The notes below the pieces were generated by a model. It saw nothing but the letters and a program-made list of their open reading frames with translations, ran no database searches and was not told the origin of the DNA. A stretch of DNA of 58,813 nt, taken from Octopus bimaculoides (lineage: Eukaryota). Position 1 is the first letter of the stretch. Every line of letters begins with the position of its first letter. Made by a program: the position numbers and the translations under genes. Location of the stretch: the NCBI RefSeq assembly GCF_001194135.2, contig NC_068982.1, positions 101,387,304 through 101,446,116 on the forward strand, given 5' to 3'. Positions 24,590 through 37,554 of the stretch are shown here, in pieces.

Positions 24590-25120
24590 ACTAGTCCATC
24601 CGTCCATTTTTTTCACCCACTATTCCTGGGAAGGCCGTTGGGGTAGGAGACCTCAGGCACCGTCTCCACAGGCCAGAAGTAGTCATCATTACACTTTCTG
24701 AAGCATGGATTCCCAAGCATGACTAAACTGAAACAATGGATATTATCCAACCATCTCTTTCTTGATCTAACCTTAGGTTCCCTGCCATTTGGCACGGTTG
24801 AAAGAATTCATCTTGCTGTCTTTCCTGCGACATTCTAATTGCATGTCCGTAGTAGCGGAACTGTGACCTCCCCATGAGGAAACGTAGCACCTCGACCGGA
24901 AGAGACACCATGATCTAATCACTCTGTCGAGTAACGTTACTCCAGAGATCCATCTGAAGAACCCCATTTCGGTCGCTTGTATTCACAACTGCACTCTTTC
25001 AGTCATTTCATAACTCTCGGTGAGTATGAAATCCGAATTGAAGATAGCGAGTTTGGTTTCTTACCATCTGTCTCTCGGCTGTGGACAGAATACTAGAGCT
25101 GGTGCATTGCTCTGTCAGCA
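24590..25120 (-). mobile_element. RTE-clade LINE 3' fragment (post-RT C-terminal region)
   Basis: Frameshifted pieces TKLAIFNS.., IQATEMGFFRWISGVTLLDRV, RSQFRYYGHAIRMSQER and PNGREPKVRSRKRWLDNI match the typical RTE C-terminal pattern (EM.xLRxIxGVTxxDRxR / RxxWxGHxxRM / GxRxxGRPxxRWxD). Confidence 0.8.
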
Positions 25121-25538
25121 CCTGTAATTCTGTCATTCAATTCAACCGCCTGAATCCCCATTACTCGTGAATATGGCGCGGATCATGTTACAAAATCTAA
25201 TTGTGGTATGAATATTCAAGGTTTTATTACGATACTAACAGGCTGTGGAAGATGAAGAATTTTTCACACAATATGTATTACAAAGCCTGGCTCTTTTTGA
25301 CTGTCAGACGTCGTTCCAATTGTTACATTACATAGCAATTGCATTATTTGCTCTAGAATTGCAATATTCTTTTCCTCTCACTTTATCTCGTTTCTTTAAC
25401 TCGAAATGTAAGGCTGAAATGTTTTCAACTTGTCTTTTGGTATATTCTAACCACAAGAAACTTCAACACCAACAGCCTACTCGCATCATCATGAAACTTT
25501 CGTCTCTCATACTTCAAAAACACAGACACAGACACACA

Positions 25539-25569
<31 letters not shown>

Positions 25570-25596
25570 NNNNNNNNNNACACACACACACACATG

Positions 25597-25639
<43 letters not shown>

Positions 25640-25796
25640 ATGTATATATATATATACATATATATATTTGTATGTTTGTATATTAATTTCTTTTTTGTAT
25701 AGTTACGTAATTAATCAGCCAAACATTAAATGAGACGTCATTCAATCCCTCTAAGTAGAATATTCTATTTTTATTAAATTTTTCATTGAAAAGTTT

Positions 25797-25841
25797 GACA
25801 GTAACTTCGAAATTTCGGTTTAGTGACCTTCATCAGAGAGA
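25797..25841 (-). ncRNA. Minimal type-I hammerhead ribozyme motif (PLE-type), same family
   Basis: Minus strand reads ucucu-CUGAUGA-A-GGU-cacuaa-ACC-GAAA-U-UUCGAA-G-UU-acuguc. The core is intact, stem II is covaried relative to 10481 (GGU/ACC versus GGC/GCC), and the triplet is GUU. Confidence 0.65.
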
Positions 25842-26021
25842 GTGATGAAGCTTATGCATATATATATATATATATGTATGTATATGTATATATATATATT
25901 AAATTCAAATTACGATGAACGTAAACAAACAAACGAAGTTTGCTTTTAATAGCGTTGAGATGCCTTAGAAAATTAAAGAAATGATTTTTTAAATTCTCAA
26001 ACGCAGGGATAATGCTAATAA

Positions 26022-26125
26022 TATAGCCTGAACAGGATAAGCTATCCATATTTTGCAGAAAAAAGTGTCTGGCTGCCTACACGTTTTTCTGCAAAATAGG
26101 GGTAGCATATCCTGTTCAGGCTATA
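26022..26125. mobile_element. Palindromic MITE-like element flanked by TA/TATA
   Basis: tatagcctgaacaggata (26022-26039) is perfectly inverted at 26108-26125. The inner arms tattttgcagaaaaa.gtgt / acac.tttttctgcaaaata enclose a 10-nt loop, giving arms of about 47 bp. Confidence 0.75.
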
Positions 26126-26742
26126 TATATATATACACACACACACATATATATATGTATGTGTGTGTGTGTGCGTGTGCTTATTTATATATGTATATAT
26201 GTATATATGTATGTATATAATATATATATATATATATAATATACATACATATATACATACATACGTATACATATCTACATACAGACATATATAAATAAGC
26301 ACACACACGCACACACGCACTCTTACTTCTGTTGCTCTTTAATCCAAGTCAGCTATAATGTAGTACATGTCAGATCAAAGCGTTCCGACCAAGAAACCCT
26401 CCCGGTTTATTCTTAGGTGCTCTATGCAAGAGTACGCTGCTATTTGACCTCCATTTATAAAGACTACTGGAGTATTTTGGGAGGAGAGTTTGATTACTCT
26501 TTCTAGCAGATCGAACGACCTTACAAAGCTTGTCTTGTAGTCCCCTGTTGATGCTGCTGATGGTTGTGTTTCTGCTGCTGTTGTTGTTATTGCTGTTATA
26601 TTCTCGGTGGCTGTCGCTATTTCTGCAGATGCAGCTGTTGCTACTGTTGCTGCTTGTATTGATTATCTTGTTTGCATATTACTTCGCACTTTTGTGTGCA
26701 TGTGTGGGGTGTTCATTACATGTGCACGAAATATGTACGCCG

Positions 26743-26808
<66 letters not shown>

Positions 26809-27237
26809 ACTACTATGCACTCACTACACACACTCACATATGCACACACACACACGCATATAGTGTACATAAATCATATATAGTGACACGCGCGCGCACA
26901 CATACACACACACCTATGGATAGATGAGGTAGATGGAAGATGGATGAATTAATAGATGGATATAAGAGAACGACCAATAGTTTCGAAAGAGCGAGTAAAA
27001 CACTTGAAGAAATCAAAACGAAGTAATGCTGCTGTTGTTGCCGCTGCTGCTGTTGTTGTTGTTGTTGTTGTTGATGATGATGATGATAATGATGATGTTG
27101 ATAATGATGAGGATGATAATGATGATGATGATAATGTATGATGATTCATAAGGAGAGATATGTAGGGGAGAGGATGTATAGATAACTTGTACGCTATCTC
27201 AACTCCCATAGTAAAAAAAAAAAAAGAAAATTATATA

Positions 27238-27665
27238 GGCGCAGGAGTGGCTGTGTGGTAAGTAGCTTGCTTACCAACCGCATGGTTCCGGGTTCATTCC
27301 CACTGCTTGGCACCTTGGGCAAGTGTCTTCTGTTATCGCCTCGGGCCGACCAAAGTCTTCTGAGTGGATTTGGTAGACGGAAACTGAAAGAAGCCTGTCG
27401 TATATATGTTTATATACATGTGTGTGTGTGTGTGTGTGCGTGTGTGTGTGTGTGCGTGTGTGTGTGTTTATGTTTGTCCCCCCAACATCGCTTGACAACC
27501 GAGGCTGGTGCGTTTACGTCTCCGTAACTTAGCGGTTCGGCAAAAAAAGGCCGATAGAATAAGTACTAGGCTTACAAAGAATAAGTCCTGGGGTCGATTT
27601 GCTCGACAAAAGGCGGTGATCCAGCATGGCCGCAGTCAAATGACTGAAACAAGTAAAAGAGTAAA
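27238..27665 (+). mobile_element. tRNA-derived SINE family A, full-length bipartite copy with internal (TA)/(TG)n
   Basis: A-box tggctgtgtgg, B-box ggttcattccc, body ccttgggcaagtgtcttct, internal microsatellite at about 27400-27470, and a tail ending ggccgcagtcaaatgactgaaacaagtaaaaga. Several homologues lie in the window. Confidence 0.85.
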
Positions 27666-28534
27666 AGAGAGAGAGAGAGTAACCAAAAGTTGTCCTTCGC
27701 GGCGATTTAGTTCAGAAACCCGACGAAGGAATACACGACATTTTGATTGGTGCTCTGCAGACTCTGGTGATAAAAGATATTTTCTGAAACTAAATTTTAA
27801 CTATAAGGATAACCAGCATAGACAGAAAAGAAAGAGTATTTATTTATATTTGTCAATTTTTATTGAAATTCAGAATTTAAAGCGCTTACAAGACATTGTG
27901 TTGTGTCCGGCAACCTATTAATTCTGCTCTCTCGGCTTTGTAACTTTGGCACTTAGTCCCTTTTTGATTCGATCAACTTTAATATTTGATTTATGATTGT
28001 CATATTTGTTTACTCCACCAAATTATGAAACCATGACATTTGGCCCTTGGGGACCATTAGCAAAGCTGACTATGTTGCAATGATTCACTGTAGGGCTTCG
28101 ATCAAAAAATAAATAAATAAATAAATAAATAAAATAATCCAGTTCCTCATTTCTACAATTCCAAAGACCCTAAAAGGAGTCATAGTGTTGACCGTCGACA
28201 AGCGGCAAAACTATTAGAACAGTCAAAAAAGATGAAAAAATGGCAAAAAAATCCTCAAGAAACAAGGCAACGTGATCGGGATGTGAACCCGGCAGAAAAG
28301 AGGGATGCAACTGAATACCAAAAGATATTGCACCTACACAACTCCCAACAAGCTCTCAACAACAACAACAACGACAACAACAAGAACAACCCCACGAAAA
28401 AGAATCATAAGTTGCATGATTTTGAAGTTGATTGGTTTAGCTATTTTTAACTTGAGGAGTATCGAATGACGGAAATTCTTCTCGCTTCATTGATGAGGTT
28501 CTCAAGTCATCCGAATCATTTTGTATCGATAAAG

Positions 28535-29687
<1,153 letters not shown>

Positions 29688-29690
<3 letters not shown>

Positions 29691-29919
29691 GAGAGAGCAG
29701 TGCATGCCATCAAAGTGACATTGGGATAAAATATACAAAGCCCAATATACCCATCATGACTACCCGTCTGATAAGGGTACAACAGGCACATGCATCACAA
29801 CCATATGTGCGCGACATGGTGATCTCATATCAAGATAAACAACGCATGACCTTGCAGGTGGGGCCCAGTTAGAATTTTTTTCAGGTCGAGTAGCCCATCC
29901 CGCTCAAAAGGTCCCTGAA
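29688..29919 (-). mobile_element. Retroposon (LINE/SINE) 3' end with (TAA)n tail
   Basis: A non-simple segment of higher GC terminates directly in a (TAA)n tail on the minus strand (29645-29688). Its 5' part is lost in the gap. Confidence 0.5.
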
Positions 29920-30558
29920 NNNNNNNNNNNNNNNNNNNNNNNNNNNNNNNNNNNNNNNNNNNNNNNNNNNNNNNNNNNNNNNNNNNNNNNNNNNNNNNNN
30001 NNNNNNNNNNNNNNNNNNNNNNNNNNNNNNNNNNNNNNNNNNNNNNNNNNNNNNNNNNNNNNNNNNNNNNNNNNNNNNNNNNNNNNNNNNNNNNNNNNNN
30101 NNNNNNNNNNNNNNNNNNNNNNNNNNNNNNNNNNNNNNNNNNNNNNNNNNNNNNNNNNNNNNNNNNNNNNNNNNNNNNNNNNNNNNNNNNNNNNNNNNNN
30201 NNNNNNNNNNNNNNNNNNNNNNNNNNNNNNNNNNNNNNNNNNNNNNNNNNNNNNNNNNNNNNNNNNNNNNNNNNNNNNNNNNNNNNNNNNNNNNNNNNNN
30301 NNNNNNNNNNNNNNNNNNNNNNNNNNNNNNNNNNNNNNNNNNNNNNNNNNNNNNNNNNNNNNNNNNNNNNNNNNNNNNNNNNNNNNNNNNNNNNNNNNNN
30401 NNNNNNNNNNNNNNNNNNNNNNNNNNNNNNNNNNNNNNNNNNNNNNNNNNNNNNNNNNNNNNNNNNNNNNNNNNNNNNNNNNNNNNNNNNNNNNNNNNNN
30501 NNNNNNNNNNNNNNNNNNNNNNNNNNNNNNNNNNNNNNNNNNNNNNNNNNNNNNNNNC

Positions 30559-30870
30559 CATTGACTTCTTCAAGTTTCACTCGAAAAGGAAATTGAGAGT
30601 GGAAAGAGAAGCGCTGTCCTCGAATGAGTTTATTGAAAGGTGGGTGAAAGTTGCGAAAATGGCAAGAGTGGATGGTGCCTCTCTAAGTGTAGATCTGTGA
30701 GTCGGAGAGAAGGAATTCTAGAGAGCACTTGCTCTTGGGGTTTCAGGGTAGCCTCGGACAGTGGAGCTCCTCGATCATCCCCTAGAGGCCTTCCTGTATC
30801 TGAAGGGCCACATCTCTATCATGCTCCCCGCCACTGTTTTTTAAACCTTTGTGTGATATGCATATATCCC
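30559..30870 (+). mobile_element. Probable Tx1/L1-clade LINE 3' end (ORF2 C-terminus plus 3' UTR)
   Basis: Open frame from the gap edge: IDFFKFHSKRKLRVEREALSSNEFIERWVKVAKMARVDGASLSVDL*, followed by a GC-richer UTR-like segment. The clade assignment is from recalled resemblance only. Confidence 0.55.
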
Positions 30871-31014
30871 TTCTTTTTCAGTGAATATCGTGTACACTTA
30901 CTTTCTTTCATTTTTTAAAAAATTTCATCATATGTAAAACCCCGTATTTTATGTCTGACATTGTATTGTATTATCCTCCTCATCCTTCGCCCTTGTGGCA
31001 AATAAATTGAATTA

Positions 31015-31060
<46 letters not shown>

Positions 31061-31204
31061 TTGCCCTCGCAAAATGTACTTTTTGCTTGCTCTTGACAGC
31101 TGAGATAATTTTGGCTATTTTACAAGTCAAAGTGAATAAAATTTGTTTTCTTCATCAAATTATACAAACAGGTTGTTTTCAAGGTTTGGTTTTATTTCAT
31201 AGAA

Positions 31205-31246
<42 letters not shown>

Positions 31247-32247
31247 GTGTGTGTGTTTATATCAAACTTTGATCGTTTTGTTTTCCCTTAGGAGTTTTTT
31301 GTACAAACATGACAACTGGTACTCTAATGACAAGATCTTCCTACAACGCAAGTATAAACAATGTTGACATTCAATCACAAAAATAAGAAAGAAAGAAAGA
31401 AAGAAAGAAATTACAAAAGACAAAAACAAGTTGACTTTAATTAGACGAACGAAAGGAAAAATAATGACCTTTTATCAGGAAACAAAAAAGACATTTTGAA
31501 CGATACAATAAGCACCAACAAATCAACACCAACAACAGCCACAACAAAAACAACAATGACAAGAATAACAACAATTACAGCAGTAGGGTTTTGCCAAACG
31601 AAAGCGTTAAAAGAATATACGTCATTATAGATAAGAGTACTTTTGCTTTCGTAACAAGGCGAGTAAAGGCTGTGGAGAGGAGAAAAATTCCTTTTCCCCC
31701 ATGCTTCTCCAAGAAAACACGTGGATAAAAGGTAGTTTGAGAAAACTGTTACACGGATAGAGTCTCTTTTCTGAACAATATGTCCAACATCAGGGGTAGG
31801 TTTTGCTCGCAAGCAAAGCGAAAGTTTGGGGCACGTGGAAAGTCATTTTTCCTATTTTTCTCTGAGGAAGCACGAGGTAAAGTGCTAGTCTGGACTTTAA
31901 CACGAGATGGTGCTTCTTTGAACAACATGTTCATTAGCATACAAAGAGAGCCTCAGCATACGAAGAGACCCTGTCATGAAGGATCAGCAGTGCAAGGAGG
32001 CCCTATCTGACATGTGTAGAGAAACCCCGTCCATCGATTAAGGCAGTGCCCACAGTCTGCATGAGTTTTGGGAAGAAAGTACACTTCCCAAGGAAGCAAA
32101 GATATACACCGTCCATACACTTGTGTTCCAGTATAAGGAGTCAAAAATACAAGGATGACAGTCAAGGGAATCAACAAAAGTATCCTTGGTCCATTGTCAT
32201 CTCGTTTACGCAGAGGTCACGAAGCGGGGTAAAGAAGTGTCAGAATG

Positions 32248-32356
<109 letters not shown>

Positions 32357-33811
32357 GCGTGTGTCTGTGTGTGTACTCATTGGGATGGGCATAGTTAGAA
32401 ACGTAATGAGACAAGCGGCAAAAAGAGAGCAAAATACTTCTTGTGATATTCGTGGTTGTAAGAACCACCCGAGAGGTTTCTACGCTGAGAAGTTGAAAAG
32501 ACATTGGTAAATAAGGGATTGCCGACAACAGCAGCTACAACAATAGTTACGTGAGGTAACTTTTTAAAAATTTACTAGCTCTCCTGATGGTAGAGAAAGA
32601 GTAACATTGTCTACGGTCACGGGAATCAGTAGCTAGATACCTATTGTCTAACCATAATAGCCAGTAGTGAAACCCCAACGTCCTATAAAAAGGAAGAAGA
32701 GGAGAACGAACAAACTGCCAAAGAGGATCCCAAGACTAGAAAAATGATCTCAAAAAGACAAAAGTACTCAAACAAAATGTTATCAAAATAACGGTGAGGA
32801 AAGCATCTGTCTTTTGTGAGAAGGAATCCATCATCGCTTCGATACGAATACAGTCTAGAGATCTTTCATTTTGGTAATGAATAGGCGTGGGGTCGTGGAG
32901 AAAATGAGAACAGACTACGGAGAACGTGGACAGAATAGGTTTTTCATAAAGTGCTTCTGGAAATTCTACACATTCTCTCTCTCACCCCTCTCTCTCTCTC
33001 CCTCTCTCTCTCCCCCTCTCTCTCTCTTCCTCTCTCACTCCCTCCCTCTCTTTGTATATATATATATATATATATATNNNNNNNNNNNNNNNNNNNNNNN
33101 NNNNNNNNNNNNNNNNNNNNNNNNNNNNNNNNNNNNNNNNNNNNNNNNNNNNNNNNNNNNNNNNNNNNNNNNNNNNNNNNNNNNNNNNNNNNNNNNNNNN
33201 NNNNNNNNNNNNNNNNNNNNNNNNNNNNNNNNNNNNNNNNNNNNNNNNNNNNNNNNNNNNNNNNNNNNNNNNNNNNNNNNNNNNNNNNNNNNNNNNNNNN
33301 NNNNNNNNNNNNNNNNNNNNNNNNNNNNNNNNNNNNNNNNNNNNNNNNNNNNNNNNNNNNNNNNNNNNNNATATATATATATATATATAAAAACGAACTG
33401 TAGGAAATGGGCCCTTATCCATTCTATCTAAGAACACCTCACGGACAATTCTGTGGGGAGGTGCCTTGATAAAATTTGGAAGAATGAAGGGATCTGAAGG
33501 GTTGATGTGGTCAGTAACTTGGGATGATTTTCGATTAACACAGGTACGGCGACTACTTTATCTGGAGGTGGTTTTCCCTAATTATTGATCTATAAGCTGT
33601 ATCTTGTTTTATTGATCGCGTATCAATAATACATATTCTGTATTTTTATTTGTGAATTTTCATAAACTTAAACTTGCCCTAGATGTTTTAAAACGTCTTT
33701 CACCCCTCCCTTCATTCTTATATACCTCGGTTGTACTCCGCACGTTTTTTGTAGCCCCCATTTACACATTCTTGTACGTGTAAACTGTCCTTATTAGTAA
33801 TATTTGTTTTC

Positions 33812-33945
33812 ATTTACCTTTCATCTTTTCGGGGTGGATAAAATAAGTACTAGATGAACTCTGGGATCGATGTAATTGACTAGATCCACTCCCACCAAAT
33901 TTCAGGCCTTGTGCCTGTAGTAGAAAAAATATTATCATTATTATT
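33812..33945 (+). mobile_element. SINE family B 3' half with (TTA) tail
   Basis: cctttcatcttttcggggtggataaaataagtac..gggatcgatgtaattgact..tttcaggccttgtgcctgtagtagaaa. Confidence 0.7.
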
Positions 33946-33959
33946 ATTATTGGTAGTAA

Positions 33960-34012
<53 letters not shown>

Positions 34013-34871
34013 AGAGGAGGAAGGGGAGATGAGGTAGTAGTAGTAGTAGGAGAAGAAGATGATGATGGCGNNNNNNNNNNNNNNNNNNNNNNNNNNNNNN
34101 NNNNNNNNNNNNNNNNNNNNNNNNNNNNNNNNNNNNNNNNNNNNNNNNNNNNNNNNNNNNNNNNNNNNNNNNNNNNNNNNNNNNNNNNNNNNNNNNNNNN
34201 NNNNNNNNNNNNNNNNNNNNNNNNNNNNNNNNNNNNNNNNNNNNNNNNNNNNNNNNNNNNNNNNNNNNNNNNNNNNNNNNNNNNNNNNNNNNNNNNNNNN
34301 NNNNNNNNNNNNNNNNNNNNNNNNNNNNNNNNNNNNNNNNNNNNNNNNNNNNNNNNNNNNNNNNNNNNNNNNNNNNNNNNNNNNNNNNNNNNNNNNNNNN
34401 NNNNNNNNNNNNNNNNNNNNNNNNNNNNNNNNNNNNNNNNNNNNNNNNNNNNNNNNNNNNNNNNNNNNNNNNNNNNNNNNNNNNNNNNNNNNNNNNNNNN
34501 NNNNNNNNNNNNNNNNNNNNNNNNNNNNNNNNNNNNNNNNNNNNNNNNNNNNNNNNNNNNNNNNNNNNNNNNNNNNNNNNNNNNNNNNNNNNNNNNNNNN
34601 NNNNNNNNNNNNNNNNNNNNNNNNNNNNNNNNNNNNNNNNNNNNNNNNNNNNNNNNNNNNNNNNNNNNNNNNNNNNNNNNNNNNNNNNNNNNNNNNNNNN
34701 NNNNNNNNNNNNNNNNNNNNNNNNNNNNNNNNNNNNNNNNNNNNNNNNNNNNNNNNNNNNNNNNNNNNNNNNNNNNNNNNNNNNNNNNNNNNNNNNNNNN
34801 NNNNNNNNNNNNNNNNNNNNNNNNNNNNNNNNNNNNNNNNNNNNNNNNNNNNNNNNNNNNNNNNNNNNNNN

Positions 34872-34914
<43 letters not shown>

Positions 34915-36711
34915 GGTTGGATGTATAGATCAATGGATTAAGTCATGGATGAATGTAATAGCAGATTGACAGACAAATAACTGGCAAACTTCACACATGT
35001 GCAAACACAAGCACACACCTACCCACATGCACACGCATACGTACATGTATTGACAGTAAACTCAAGTTAGATTCTTAATGTATACAAAACTATCTTGCAC
35101 TAGTTTATTCGACTTCGGAATTCAGACGTGAATTCATTCCCTTGTATAGCGTCAATTTTGTTATTCTGGCGGCTAGAGCAATAAGCTCTTTTGTCATTGA
35201 GCGATTTCCTACGAGACACAGGAAGAAGTGAGTAGTTAGTTAGCTTGAGATACCAAGCTTTGAATCTGGTTTTCCGAGTTATATATGCATGCGAAGGTCA
35301 GAGATGTCTTTAAAAATAAACAACAGTCTCCCCGAGGCTAGAAAGTCACATATCATGATAAAAGTGATATAATTTGATTTTGGAAATTCACAATGTTTAA
35401 TGTGTGAAGTTTTTGTAGGTTTCTGTTTTCCAGTGATTTAACGTCTATGTTTGTCTATATGAAAGTGCGTGTATGTTTAAAAAGAGTTGTAAGAATTGTA
35501 GTTTCTGAGAATCATCCTCATGGAAAATATCGATTAGAAATGAAAAGATGTGATGCAAACAATAAAGAAAAAAATAAACAGAACGGGATTGTTCATTTGA
35601 TTTTATCGCCTAAAGATATAGATCGAGTCAGTTCATGATTTACCAGAATTGAACTTAGGCTAACTTTCTCAAACTTTTTCGTTTATTTCTAAAGATGTTT
35701 TAATATCTCATAGTTTGGAGCGGTAAATATACCGTCGATATTACAGTGTCTGACTAAATATAGTAATACATTTAGTGGTATCTTTCTACGTTCAAATTAT
35801 TCTAGAGACTCTATTTTCTGCTATTCCTCAAGGATTTATGCTAAGCACTAATACTACAGTTGGTTAGCATTCTTTAAATACACCTAACGAATGTATTTCT
35901 TTATGAGTTGTCTCTTGGCAGGTTGATGAAGTAGGTGTGCTGTTTAAATAATTATGTTGATGAATGAATGCGAATGAAAATTTAGAAAGTTCGAGAGCGA
36001 TTGTTGTTGGGTAAGAAATTGTTTTGAATTTTTAAGATGAAGGTAAAAAAATTCTTCGAAATAATTGGTTTGTAATGTTACCACACAGGGTCAGGAAGCA
36101 GGAATCAAGCTGGTTTGAATCAAATTGTCAAATCTGACTGGAAACGCCCAGGTATATTGAATCATCCAGACAGTTAAGGCAGACCTAAACAGAATGACGA
36201 AATAACTAAACAAACAGACTTGATGAAAGTGAAGGCATAGGTAATGATATATATATATGTATGTGTGTGTATATATAAGAATTTGCCTAGTAATTTTTTT
36301 TATTTACTAAAAAAATTCGAAACCTATAGGTCTAACCGTTAAAAATAAGGTAAAAGTTTTTATTTTTTTCCCCTTTGAAATGTTTTAACTTTGTCTCGTA
36401 GTTATATNNNNNNNNNNNNNNNNNNNNNNNNNNNNNNNNNNNNNNNNNNNNNNNNNNNNNNNNNNNNNNNNNNNNNNNNNNNNNNNNNNNNNNNNNNNNN
36501 NNNNNNNNNNNNNNNNNNNNNNNNNNNNNNNNNNNNNNNNNNNNNNNNNNNNNNNNNNNNNNNNNNNNNNNNNNNNNNNNNNNNNTATATATATATATAT
36601 ATACAAAATAGTGTAGCTCTCTCATCATAATACACATTCTCTCTCTCTCTCTCTCACACGCTCTGTATACACGCAGACAGGAGGCACACATATTATTCGA
36701 CAGATAGGCGA

Positions 36712-36879
36712 GCAAGCCGAAACTTCGATGTTACTCTCAATTTTTTCCCTGTAAAAGCTTAATAAACATGTACTCTGCAGAAAGTATTGAGAAGCCCTCA
36801 GCACTTTCTATAGGGAACCTTTTTTTAAGCTTTTACGAAGAAAAGATTGACAGTGACTTCGAAGTTTCGGTTTGCTTGC
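36712..36879. repeat. About 170-nt imperfect palindrome (fold-back) made of two tail-to-tail termini of the hammerhead family
   Basis: The left arm gcaagccgaaacttcgatgttactctcaa..gtaaaagcttaataaa..gcagaaagtattgag pairs with the right arm ctcagcactttctatag..ttaagcttttacg..ttgacagtgacttcgaagtttcggtttgcttgc around a 5-nt loop (aagcc). Confidence 0.85.
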
Positions 36880-36880
36880 A

Positions 36881-36927
<47 letters not shown>

Positions 36928-37180
36928 TTATTTACTTATTTATTTATGTGTGTGTGTGTGTGTGTGTGTGTATGCAGAGCAAGAATGAGATAAGAAGAGA
37001 GAGCTACACTATTATGTATCCACATCAATATACTATATGTACATTACACACACACACGCATATACACACAGAGAAACACACATACATACACGCGCACACA
37101 AACACACACACACACATAGACACAGACACATAGACACACACATACACACACAGACTGTCAGACAGACAGACAGACAGACA

Positions 37181-37222
<42 letters not shown>

Positions 37223-37244
37223 AGGATCAAAGGTTCTTCCTGAA

Positions 37245-37440
37245 CCATAGGCTCACAAAGCCGGTTTTCTGGTTTCTGTGGCTTCTATATTTCCCACCTG
37301 GACGGGACGCCGGTTCATCGCAGGATTACTCATTTTTAACATCTGAGGAAACTGGAGCAACATGAAATGAAGTGTCTTGCTCAAGAACACGATATATCGC
37401 CCGGTTAGGAAGCGAAACCACAATCTTCTTCTCATGAGTG
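37245..37440 (-). mobile_element. SINE with CORE-like central domain
   Basis: Minus strand B-box-like gtggtttcgcttcc, then gtgttcttgagcaagacacttcatttcatgttgctccagtttcctcagatgttaaaaatgagt, resembling the CORE domain consensus (ccttgggcaag.cactt..cctcagtttcctcatctgtaaaatg). Confidence 0.65.
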
Positions 37441-37554
37441 CCTTCACAGACTCACACATACACGCACGCACACACATACATACACACATACACACACACG
37501 CACGCATATACACGCACACACATACATACACGAGAGTTGGCTGAAAAGTCCATA

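Noticed and set aside
27238-27310. tRNA-like A/B boxes (also 13320-13395 and 57280-57350)
   Set aside because: These are SINE heads with no full cloverleaf or acceptor stem, not tRNA genes.
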